The notes under the pieces: generated by a model | The model's database searches: none | What the model was told of the DNA's origin: nothing | What the model saw: the letters and a program-made list of their open reading frames with translations, nothing else | In this document: positions 8,160-17,395 of the stretch, piece by piece | How the letters are laid out: every line of letters begins with the position of its first letter | Position numbering within the stretch: position 1 is the stretch's first letter | Translations under genes and position numbers: made by a program | Source of the DNA: a bacterium | GTDB lineage: Bacteria > Hinthialibacterota > Hinthialibacteria > Hinthialibacterales > Hinthialibacteraceae | Direction: 5' to 3' | NCBI GenBank assembly: GCA_963662285.2 | Contig: CAXXMV010000008.1 | Location: 1,280,001 to 1,344,000, forward strand | Length of the DNA: 64,000 nt

Positions 8160-10185
8160 CCGATCGATATTCGCTTACGCACTATCCGTCTCGGATTATC
8201 TCTAAATCTGAATACAAGATATGTCTTAGGTATAAAGGGCGTAATTGATCGGTATTCGTTTTGCTCTTTCGATCAATCTCCGTAAACCGTTCGATGATCG
8301 CTAAGGCTCCATCGGTCACGGTTTCACCTTATATATATATTGTTGCCTTTTGGCTTATGCGCTTTCGCGCAGGCCAAAGGTATGTCATTGGAATATTTTG
8401 CCGGTCGATGAACGTTCTAGGCTCCATCGACCTTACGAGTTTGAAGACAGGAAGGATCACCCGTATCTTGATCCGCAGAGCGGATCGTCGGGTGATATGG
8501 AAGAGAGGATTCGCCATTCGGCGCATTCACGCTTTACATGGAGAACAAAGAAGCGGGAAGAAGAATCCACTGGAAGCGGATTCCACAATGATGGTGGCAT
8601 AAGGTATCTTCGGCCTGGTTCGCTGGAGCGAAGGCCCGAAGATATTGAAAATATCGCTTAAGAAGAGGAATCGGAATACGCTGAGCGCTTTTTCGATCCT
8701 GGGGAGTTCAGCCGAGATGCTAAAGCATCGGCTTTTTGGAAGATAATGGATGCTCGCTAGACGCTCCATCTGATACATGGTTATTGCATATATTGCGATT
8801 GCTCCGACCGGAACGCTTGCGCTTCGGTCGGAATGAGGGCCGGAATTCGCGGCGTGCTCTTCCGGGAAATGGGGGCCTGGATACTGACGCATCCAGCAGA
8901 GAAGAGCAGTTCGATGGTCGCACACTGCTCCATTGCCGCAGAAGATACTGGATATGGGCGTTCGCCCGTATCCTGCGGAATTACGGGTGAGTAGGGGAAG
9001 GTCTTCGCCGATCTTCGCATTCGCGAAGGTGGCGGAGGTTAGGGAAGGAAGAGGAGGAATTGCCTGAGGGCGATCTCTTCGAGAAGAAGATGCCGTAATG
9101 TCTAGCTAGGCTCGCTTGAGCGAGGGCCGGGATGTTTCATGCTATGGAATTGGATAATCCGCTCAAGCGTAGAACGCTTGTCGCTGAAGAAGGGAATGCA
9201 AAGAAATGACTTGATCGATAATAAATCGATCAACCAGAAGATAAAGAGAAACCGGAATACGCTAATGCTTTACCGGATGATTTTTTTCACAACCGAGATG
9301 CTTACGCATCGGCTGACTTGTAGATGACGATGAACGCCAGAGGCTTTATTGCTCGTGCGAGGTTGGTGAACCGCCCACCCGAATCTTGATCCGCAGAGCG
9401 GATGTTCGAGCGAGCAGGGAGAAGGATTCGCCATTCTCACGCATTCGCGAGGCTGATGCGGAGGGGATGACGAACGAAGAGGCGAGAGGAAGAATCCATT
9501 GCAAGCGGATTCTTCGATGACGAGGTCTGAGGTATCTTTGGACGGATTCGCCGGGGCGAAGGCCCGAAGATATAGGAAGAGCGCTTAAGCGCCGGGGAGT
9601 TTGATGCTCTTGATGAGAAATCGGAAAACGCTGGACGCTTTTTCGATCTTGATAATCTCAGCCAGGATGCTGCGCATCGGCTGATTAGAGCCGGTTGATG
9701 GACGCCGGAGGCTTTTTCGCCGGTACGGAGTTGAGATAAAGGCGCTTACCCGAATCTTGCGGATGTTCGCCATTCTGCGCTTGTGCGCTGGGGATGGCGA
9801 ATGATGATGCGAGGAAGAATCGCCCGAGGGCGATCTCTTCGAGAAGAAGAAACAGAGAAGACCGGCCAGTCTCGCTTTGGCGAGGGCCGGAGATATTCCA
9901 TAAATGGGATAAGCTGTTCAAGCGTAAAACGCTTGTCGCATAAGATCTTTATCGTGCTTGTCGCACTCGATAAAGATGGAGAGAGGCCGGGAATACGCTA
10001 CGCTTCCCGAGGCGAGAGAGAAGGGGAATGCAAAGAGATGACTTGCTCGATAGAGAATCGAGTAATCGGAAGATGAAGAAAATCCGGAATACGCTAACGC
10101 TTTTCCGGATGAATTATTTCCAGCCGGGATGCTATCGCATCGGCTGAGGAGAAGAGGACGATGGCCGCTAGGCGCTCCATCATGT
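8160..10185. repeat. Non-coding, degenerately duplicated hairpin array
   Basis: Blocks recur at 8461/9378, at 8668/9246/9615/10075, and at ~9060/~9820; many short stem-loops; no credible ORF. Confidence 0.85.
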
Positions 10186-10611
10186 CCGGTATTTTATATA
10201 TTAATTATTGAAACCGAAACGATGCCACGTTGAATAAACAATAAGAACTATGGCTTTCTCGTCACTTACAAGAATTGAGCACATAATAGAGGAATATGGA
10301 TTGATTGCTCGTAACAAAGGCATCACGGGCTTGTTGATATTTAATTTATTATAGAACGATATGTCAAAAAGGATTCTAGTTTATTTAATGATTTGATTTA
10401 TGAATATTTTGAATTGGTTTGTATTTATATTCTGCGAGCCGCAAACCTCTTATCGTAAAATTTTCCCTTCCCGACTTATATATTTTTTAATTTGTGGTAG
10501 AGAAAACTTTATCGAGAGGTTCGCTTACTTCTCGCCGACTGATTTTATTTCTCCGATGTCTCTTAAATTTTGAAGAGCCATCAAGTAAATGGTTACTTTG
10601 GAGGATAGAAA

Positions 10612-10881
10612 ATGAAATACGAAGACATTGAGTTAAACGCGTGTGTGAGTGGAGACGGCGAGGAAGCCCAGGAGTTGGGGCTTGACAGTGTCGAGCAGGA
10701 ACGTTCGTTAGCCAGGGCTTGTACGGCAGAGTTACAGTTTGAATTTGTCGATATCCCATTAAAGTCATCAAAAGAGATGATAAGCGAATACGAAAAGGAG
10801 CGAATGAAGCGAAAGATTCCTGACTGGGAGTCAAAGCGTGTCCAAGCATTTGGCCGTAAGATGAGAGTTGAATGTCTTTGA
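10612..10881 (+). CDS. Small protein with acidic N-terminus, paralog of 7900..8064
   Basis: GGAGGA RBS; KYEDI...LGLDSVEQERSLARA...EL. Confidence 0.65.
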   Translation: MKYEDIELNACVSGDGEEAQELGLDSVEQERSLARACTAELQFEFVDIPLKSSKEMISEYEKERMKRKIPDWESKRVQAFGRKMRVECL

Positions 10882-10961
10882 TTTTCTTTCTTTTTTTTCC
10901 TTCGGCTCTCTTATATATGAGAGAGCCTTCAGAAAGAGAGGTTTATTGGAGTGTGAGATAC

Positions 10962-11228
10962 ATGAGGAATGAGATGGAATTGATTGGAGATCGGTGCGTG
11001 AATCGGAAAAAGTATTGGGAACAGTATGTTCCACTACTTATAATGAGTTGCGTTCGATATGAGATTATACGTGAACGTATAACGGAATTATTTAGGATGA
11101 AGATGGTTCCGGCGTTAATCGAGAATGGGAATATTCTGGATTTAGAACAGATTAACGGGGAACTAAAAGTGATGATCTCTTCGATTGAGATATTAGAAGA
11201 ATTGTTCAAGAAGAGATACTTGAAATGA
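10962..11228 (+). CDS. Hypothetical protein
   Basis: Start moved to the ATG after GGAGTG; the upstream in-frame part is a T-tract and palindrome. Confidence 0.55.
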   Translation: MRNEMELIGDRCVNRKKYWEQYVPLLIMSCVRYEIIRERITELFRMKMVPALIENGNILDLEQINGELKVMISSIEILEELFKKRYLK

Positions 11229-11699
11229 ATCCCAGAATTGATTTTTCAGGGAATATTTTTTCATGGGTCCGTTGGACCTATTTTATTATTCGGGAATTTT
11301 TGGTCCTTCGGACAGATTGGATATTACCCGTCCTCTCACGAGGACGGGAGGATATATTGATTTAGTTTTTTTTTGTTTTTCTTAGCCACCACCCCACCCC
11401 TTCGGGGATGTGATGATATTAATTATTTTATGGGTTCTGTAAGTACCCCACCTAAAGGTGGGTATATATATATTTTTTTATTTAATTGTTTGATTGTTTT
11501 TTACTGCAAGCAGTTTTATATTTTTTTCTCCTTAAGGAGTTGTGATTTTGATTTCTAGGTAGGAGGGGGGGGGGTATAACCCCCAGAAATAGAAATCATC
11601 CTCTCGAAATAGCGCTGTTTTAGGGCTTTTTTTCAAGATTTGCTTATCTCAAATATTTTTTTAGTTCTAATCAATATTGAGAAAATTATTCAAAACAAA

Positions 11700-13804
11700 A
11701 TCGAGTAGGGTAAGGTAGGAAGAACACTCCTACCTTATCCCTCTCACAGAACCGTACGTACGGGCCTCGTATACGGCTCCTGTTGATTCTCCTTCGTTAG
11801 GTCGAAACAGAAATCCCGGTTTGCACAGACGCCATATCAAAAAGGCCTTGTTTCTCCAGCCACTTGTTAGGCATGGAGAGGCTGGATAGTGGGCTTGCTG
11901 CGTTTCTCCACGATCTCATTTTAATGAATTGGAATTCGCCTTTATAGCCTAACTGTCTCAGTCGGCGATGCAGCCTTTTTGGCTTTTTCCACAGACTGAG
12001 TTGTTTGGCCCTTAGGCGTCTCCTGATCCATTTCATCAAGGATTCTAACACTTTTTTGCAATTGGCGATCCTGAAATAGTTGGCGAATCCACGGATCACC
12101 GGATTCAAGTCTTTAATAACTTTTTCCAAATTGACCGGAGAATTGCGCCGGGAAATCTTTCTCACCTTTTCCTTCAATCCTTTGACCTTGTCCTCCTGGA
12201 TGCGCGTATATCTCGTGTGAATTACAACTCCAAGAAATTTCACGCCCATACTACTATGGACAATATGGGTCTTTTGCTGATTGACGGTGAGTTTTAATTC
12301 CCTTTCCAGGTGTGCTGTGGCCTGTTCGCGAGCGTTCTCCGCAGCGCTTTTCGAGCGGGTTAATATCAGGATATCGTCGGCGTAACGCACTATACGGTGG
12401 TTTCGATTTTTCATAAATTTATCGAATTCGTCCAGGTAGATATTGGCGATCAGCGGGCTGATCACTCCACCTTGCGGACTGCCCACCGTACTGGCCTGCC
12501 ATCCTTCATCCGTCATAACTCCACTCTCCAAAAACAGACGAATCAAATGCAAAATGCTTCCGTCCGTAATCCGCTTGCGAATTCCTTGAATGATGAGGTC
12601 GTGATCCAGCGTGTCAAAACATTTCGACAAATCCATGTCGACTACCCATGACAGACCGCCTTCCCGGATAAACATCGACGCTTTGGCTATTGCCTGATGG
12701 CAACTCCGTTTCGGGCGATACCCGTAACTCGACGGGTGAAACTCCGGATCGAAGATCGGTTGCATGATATTCAACAGGGTCTGTTGCACTACCCGGTCTC
12801 GGACTGCGGGAATACCGAGTTTCCTAATCCCGCCATTCGGCTTGGGAATTTCGACTCGTTTGACCGGCTGAGGCCGGTATCTCTTCTCCCTCAGTTCCTG
12901 AGACAACGTCGTGATATTCTCTTCCAAGTTATCAGCGAAATCCTCGATGGACTGCCGGTCTATTCCGGCCGCGCCTTTCGCGGATTTCACCTTCTTGAAT
13001 GCCTCGTACAAGTTTCGTTGCGACAGCATCCGATCATATAAACTGTAGTAGATTCTCACGGCGCTTGTTCCTGCGTTCCCTTCTTTCGTTTTCTGCGCTT
13101 CACTTCCGGTAATTCACTTGGGCGTAGTCGTCTTCTATCCTTCTCAGGCAATGTGCGACTACCGATCCAAGTTACTCCAGAGAGCGGCCAAGAAAAGCAG
13201 ACCACCTTTCACGGTTTACCGCTTTCCAAGAGCCCACGATGGTTTGAGCTCAGTTCCACGTTTCTTACGAGTTCCAAGAACCTTCAAATCAACTTCCTCC
13301 CTTCGCAACTGCAGCGGTTTTTGGCTCGCGGCAGCTCCCGCCGACGATGCGACAGGTCATCCCGGTTTTCTCCTCCAGTCGGTTACCCGCTTTCTCAGGC
13401 CGGGATTTCTGCACTACTACGGATTCATCTGCCACCTCACACCGCTTCGGTCCGCCTTGAGTTTCCTCTTGTACTTTCCTATCCTCTTCGGACTCGTCAT
13501 ATAATGAACCTGCCGATTGGAACGATATGAGGCTTCCCCAGTTACTGACGGTTCCCTGTCAGCAGCCCCACCCTCAATAACGTAACGGGTCTGACCAAGT
13601 ACCGGGCGTCGCGCTATTTTGCACGCTTACCCACCCGCGCCGCCGAATCAGGTTCGCTTGCGCTGTGTGCCGCTCACTTCCTATCGCTTCCTTCAGACCC
13701 CGCAGTTTCCCACAACGCCCTTGCGATTCGGATTGTCTTCCCCTTGGTCGGGGTGACGCCTGTTTCTTTCAACAGGCCGGGTTCGCCCGCTTCGCTGGGC
13801 AAAC
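11700..13804 (-). mobile_element. Group II intron, class C (IIC)-like, apparently full length
   Basis: 5' end GTTTGCCCAGCGAAGCGGGC at 13804; short domain V at 11749-11779; domain VI ending CCTACTCGAT at 11700; inserted 5 nt after a terminator hairpin. Confidence 0.92.
11797..13059 (-). CDS. ltrA: Group II intron reverse transcriptase/maturase, no endonuclease domain
   Basis: GAAGID, RKLGIPAVRDRVVQ, SYGYRP, DLSKCFD, PQGGVISP, YADD, FLG motifs; X domain follows. Confidence 0.97.
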   Translation of the reverse strand: MRIYYSLYDRMLSQRNLYEAFKKVKSAKGAAGIDRQSIEDFADNLEENITTLSQELREKRYRPQPVKRVEIPKPNGGIRKLGIPAVRDRVVQQTLLNIMQPIFDPEFHPSSYGYRPKRSCHQAIAKASMFIREGGLSWVVDMDLSKCFDTLDHDLIIQGIRKRITDGSILHLIRLFLESGVMTDEGWQASTVGSPQGGVISPLIANIYLDEFDKFMKNRNHRIVRYADDILILTRSKSAAENAREQATAHLERELKLTVNQQKTHIVHSSMGVKFLGVVIHTRYTRIQEDKVKGLKEKVRKISRRNSPVNLEKVIKDLNPVIRGFANYFRIANCKKVLESLMKWIRRRLRAKQLSLWKKPKRLHRRLRQLGYKGEFQFIKMRSWRNAASPLSSLSMPNKWLEKQGLFDMASVQTGISVST

Positions 13805-13830
13805 AAAAATCCGGGGAATTTAACCCCGGA
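13805..13830 (-). terminator. Intrinsic terminator targeted by the intron
   Basis: TCCGGGG-TTAAATT-CCCCGGA followed by T5; removing the intron restores a T8 tract. Confidence 0.85.
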
Positions 13831-13873
13831 AAAAATTTGCTTAGATTTTATTTACTCTAGCCAATTTCAATAG

Positions 13874-14200
13874 TCATTCGATCTCCCTTGAAGATTGCAC
13901 CGGCGCGACATCGACATACTTGGCGTCATCGATTTCTTTCAAAAAAAGAAAAATCATCAAAATCGCCATTCCAATCATCATAAGCGTAAGGATGAGCGAG
14001 GATAATCCAGGGATGGATTGTTCTTGTCTATCCATCCCCTGAAAATCACCAAATGTTTTTATGAATGGAGGTGAATAATCATTGACATTGGTGTTTTCAT
14101 TATTATCCGGTGGATAATCCGGTTCATTGGGATCGAAATTATCATGTGGATTCATGATCTTCATTTTTTCCATTTTCGTGAGTATCGCTGGCACTGTCAT
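13874..14200 (-). CDS. Small single-pass membrane protein
   Basis: D/N/P-rich N-terminus and one hydrophobic helix. Confidence 0.6.
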   Translation of the reverse strand: MTVPAILTKMEKMKIMNPHDNFDPNEPDYPPDNNENTNVNDYSPPFIKTFGDFQGMDRQEQSIPGLSSLILTLMMIGMAILMIFLFLKEIDDAKYVDVAPVQSSREIE

Positions 14201-14408
14201 CGCTATCCAAGAATGGAAATGGATTTTGATCTTTTCGCTGTGGTGTTGACGACATTAAAAAAGATGCGATTGCGACGATGATAATGAGAAGGATGCCGCC
14301 TTTCTCAAACGCGAAATTATTGACGCCTGGAAATACTTGTGAGCCGACTAGCGCGATTGCCATCAATGCGATAAGCATAACGGATGTTTCGTTCCAACTT
14401 TTATTCAT
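14142..14408 (-). CDS. Small two-helix membrane protein
   Basis: Two hydrophobic segments; AAGGA RBS. Confidence 0.65.
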   Translation of the reverse strand: MNKSWNETSVMLIALMAIALVGSQVFPGVNNFAFEKGGILLIIIVAIASFLMSSTPQRKDQNPFPFLDSDDSASDTHENGKNEDHEST

Positions 14409-14485
14409 GTTCTTTATTCCTTTCTCGGTTTATTTGTGGTTCATCATGTAGATTGAGAAAATATTTTGTTTATCTTTTCAATCAT

Positions 14486-16516
14486 TCATGACGTTTTGGG
14501 ATTCAAAAAATTCCATAGCGCGGTCACCTCCAGCCGCCCTGCTAGAATTTCTTTTTTTAGTGATTCATTCTCTTTCAATTTCGGAGTGATTTTTTTCCGA
14601 AATTCATCGTCTTTTGTCACGCAAAAGATACGATCAGCTTTAGTCTTCACACATTCGATTAAATTACTGAAATAATTCGACTGTCCCGTCTCAAACTCAA
14701 TCGCCAAAATGGTTTCTTTATTGAACGCGCAAAGATCAATGAGATGGGAAGAAGGAGCAAGCGCAAATTCTCGTTTGACATCAAAGGCTTTGTTTTTAAA
14801 AAACTTTTCAATGCGATCAACAGCAAAAGCATGAACAAATCCGCCCTTATGGACAGGTTTGTTCAATCCGACTTTTCGCCAACCTTCTGAAGATAATTCA
14901 AAGGCCTTCCAGGGGCCAATTAATTGTTTGACCAAAATCTTTAATGATATGAGTTGTTCAACGCCTTTATTGAACGCGTCGTTACTAATCTCAAGTCGTT
15001 CTTTTAACTCACTGGAATTCAAATACGGATGATTGGCGATTTCGATAAGAATTTTCTTCGCGTTTTCACTAAATTCAGGTTTATCTTTTTCCCGTGTTTC
15101 TTTTTCTGACTGATCCTCTAATGCCGTATAATGGTATTGCTTTTTTCTTTCTTCGTTTTGTTGATCCCATTCCGGCTTATCTACAATGTCGGGATGTTCG
15201 AAGGGGAATCCCTGAAACATGACTGCGCCCTGGCTGCTAGTAGAACTAATAATAAACTGCCCCTCCTGAAGCATGGCAATCTTATTAGCATTTTCGGTTC
15301 TAATACCGAGAAGATGGGTCATAGAAATCGCCATATTAAAATTCTTGGTGTAACCGGTGATTTTGTTTTCGATCGAGGTGATGTATTTGGGATCGACACC
15401 ATCAAGCGTATGAAATGCCATAACAAAGCCGAGCTGATTTTCTCGTGTAAGATTGATTTTGTTGGCGACTGAATCGATCCGATCGCCACTGTGCTTCTCC
15501 ATAAATTCTTGGGCGTCATCAATAATAAACACCCAGAATTTTTTTTCGCGTTCGGGTAAATCCTGGTTATCCAAAATAAATCGATCAGCCAAATGAGTAA
15601 TAATTAATTTTATTTCCTTAACTTGGCCATCACCGTAGTTAACAATAGTTGGACGATCACGCATCGATTCATACATTCCCTGGCGAGCGTGAAATACTTT
15701 ATTTTGTGACCATAGACGGCGTAAAACACTCTCGGCGCTGTCAATGTATTTTTTTTGGTGGGGTTTGACTCCCGGAACCTGGTTTAAAACTTCCTGTAAA
15801 TCGCGGATAGTAGGAAAACCTTGTTTCCGGATGCGTTCTGGCGGCCATTTACACGATAATATATTGACTGCCTCCACTAGAAATCCAATGCTGTTTTGCA
15901 ATGAAAAAATCTCGTGGATGGGAGATACCGCTGCTTGAAACCAGCGAGGAAGGTTTTGATAGTTACTTGATTCAAACAAGGAAAGTCGTAGTTCATCCCA
16001 AAAAAATGTTGTGAAAATTGGGCCACGTTCTCCTACAACGTTTTCGAACTGGTTACGCTTTTTCTGGAAAATAGTCAGGTTAACGCCATGGCACAATAGT
16101 TGCATACATAGATGGCGAAGTAATGTCGATTTTCCCGCACCGGTTCCAGCAAGGATGGCCAGATGCCGTACAATATCGAAACGATTCAAGGCGCAAGGCT
16201 CTTGTGTTTTCATATCCACACCAAGAAAAATTTCTCCAAAAGTTACCGGATCATTCCTTACGATTGGACGAATGAGATTGGGATCATATCCAAAAAGATT
16301 CAATCGCTGGGCGTACTTGATAATCTTTTTGAAAATTGCCAAACTCGGTTTACGCATAAACTGCTTTGCTTTTATGAGCAAATAGTTATTATTTTTTGCC
16401 GCTGGATGGTTGATAATATTTTCAATAATCAATTTCGCTTTTTCCGCATTAAATTCATTAGGAGCACCTTCATTGTTTTGAGGGCGGGAACTATTGTTTT
16501 TATTTTGATTGGGCAT
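14486..16516 (-). CDS. HerA/VirB4/VirD4-superfamily P-loop ATPase fused to wHTH and a PD-(D/E)xK-like nuclease domain
   Basis: RHLAILAGTGAGKS (Walker A); FIIDDAQ (Walker B); HTH-like SSELKERLEISNDAFNKGVEQL; H...E...IDL...AIEFETG. Confidence 0.8.
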   Translation of the reverse strand: MPNQNKNNSSRPQNNEGAPNEFNAEKAKLIIENIINHPAAKNNNYLLIKAKQFMRKPSLAIFKKIIKYAQRLNLFGYDPNLIRPIVRNDPVTFGEIFLGVDMKTQEPCALNRFDIVRHLAILAGTGAGKSTLLRHLCMQLLCHGVNLTIFQKKRNQFENVVGERGPIFTTFFWDELRLSLFESSNYQNLPRWFQAAVSPIHEIFSLQNSIGFLVEAVNILSCKWPPERIRKQGFPTIRDLQEVLNQVPGVKPHQKKYIDSAESVLRRLWSQNKVFHARQGMYESMRDRPTIVNYGDGQVKEIKLIITHLADRFILDNQDLPEREKKFWVFIIDDAQEFMEKHSGDRIDSVANKINLTRENQLGFVMAFHTLDGVDPKYITSIENKITGYTKNFNMAISMTHLLGIRTENANKIAMLQEGQFIISSTSSQGAVMFQGFPFEHPDIVDKPEWDQQNEERKKQYHYTALEDQSEKETREKDKPEFSENAKKILIEIANHPYLNSSELKERLEISNDAFNKGVEQLISLKILVKQLIGPWKAFELSSEGWRKVGLNKPVHKGGFVHAFAVDRIEKFFKNKAFDVKREFALAPSSHLIDLCAFNKETILAIEFETGQSNYFSNLIECVKTKADRIFCVTKDDEFRKKITPKLKENESLKKEILAGRLEVTALWNFLNPKTS

Positions 16517-16534
16517 TTTTTCTTCTTCCTTCCT

Positions 16535-17104
16535 TTATTGATTGGTAATTCGGGGATGATTTAGGTTTTCAGTCAGGTAAGGTTTGATCGCATCCAAGCA
16601 ATCGATCTTATGCACCGCGATCAAACGATTTTGAAACGGAAGTATGATTCCGCAGTACCGGCAAACCTGGTGCATACATGCGCCACAGATTTGATGGGCT
16701 TGTGCACAATTGTTGCAATAAAGCCGTCCGCAGCAGAAACTCATTCCAACGAATTGTTTCTCCGGTTTGTGCAAAATCTTTAAACAGGTTGGACAAAAAC
16801 ATTTTGGACGAACATAGTAACGGGCTTCCCCGCCGTCATTGGTCTGAACGGTCACATGTCCGGTAATATATTCCACCCAGAAGTTATGGGAATAATAAAT
16901 GGGATATATTTCCAGGCTGCTCTCAATAATGAATTGAGGGTCCACACCATAATAATCACAGATCGCTCGAAGATGTTCTCGCTTCAGAACCAAGCGTTTG
17001 GATTGTTTCTGATGATGGGATCTTTGACTCTGGGATGACGCTTCCGCGAACGGTTGTGAGATCCACCTAAGAAAATTCTGTAAATCTTTCCAGGACATAA
17101 TCAA
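16535..17104 (-). CDS. Cys-rich multi-zinc-binding protein
   Basis: CFCPTC...CC...CNNC...CGAC...CRYC...H..C. Confidence 0.7.
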   Translation of the reverse strand: MIMSWKDLQNFLRWISQPFAEASSQSQRSHHQKQSKRLVLKREHLRAICDYYGVDPQFIIESSLEIYPIYYSHNFWVEYITGHVTVQTNDGGEARYYVRPKCFCPTCLKILHKPEKQFVGMSFCCGRLYCNNCAQAHQICGACMHQVCRYCGIILPFQNRLIAVHKIDCLDAIKPYLTENLNHPRITNQ

Positions 17105-17395
17105 TCTCCCTTTTCTAAAAAATAATTATCTACTGTCATAGATAGAAAATTTTCAAGAGATTTTTCTTTTTCAAATTATTTTTTATCGATTTTTTTTACA
17201 TGAAGATGTATGACTAACGCAAATATATAATTTTTGATTACAGAGGATTATAAATTTTTGATCCTAAGTTGAGTCAATATTTTAATTAAAACTACCTACC
17301 AAAAATTTTCTTCTATATTTTTTCCATTAATTCTGCAAAAAATCATTAAAACATCCTATCTATAGAGACAACAGCATTAGACAACATTCATTTCT

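Noticed and set aside
8097-10076. Short ORFs called across the hairpin region (8261, 8350, 8527, 8736, 9783 etc.)
   Set aside because: No RBS, biased composition, overlapping on both strands, and the repeat copies do not preserve reading frame.
8160-10185. CRISPR array or other fixed repeat-spacer guide array
   Set aside because: Repeats are long, degenerate and irregularly spaced; no constant repeat or spacer length; no cas genes in the window.
11797-13059. RT as a retron, DGR or defence RT linked to the repeats
   Set aside because: Full group II intron context (domains V/VI, boundaries, maturase domain); no template/variable repeat pair seen.
13118-13530. ORFs 13118..13504 and 13153..13530
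   Set aside because: Antisense to the intron ribozyme domains; no protein features.
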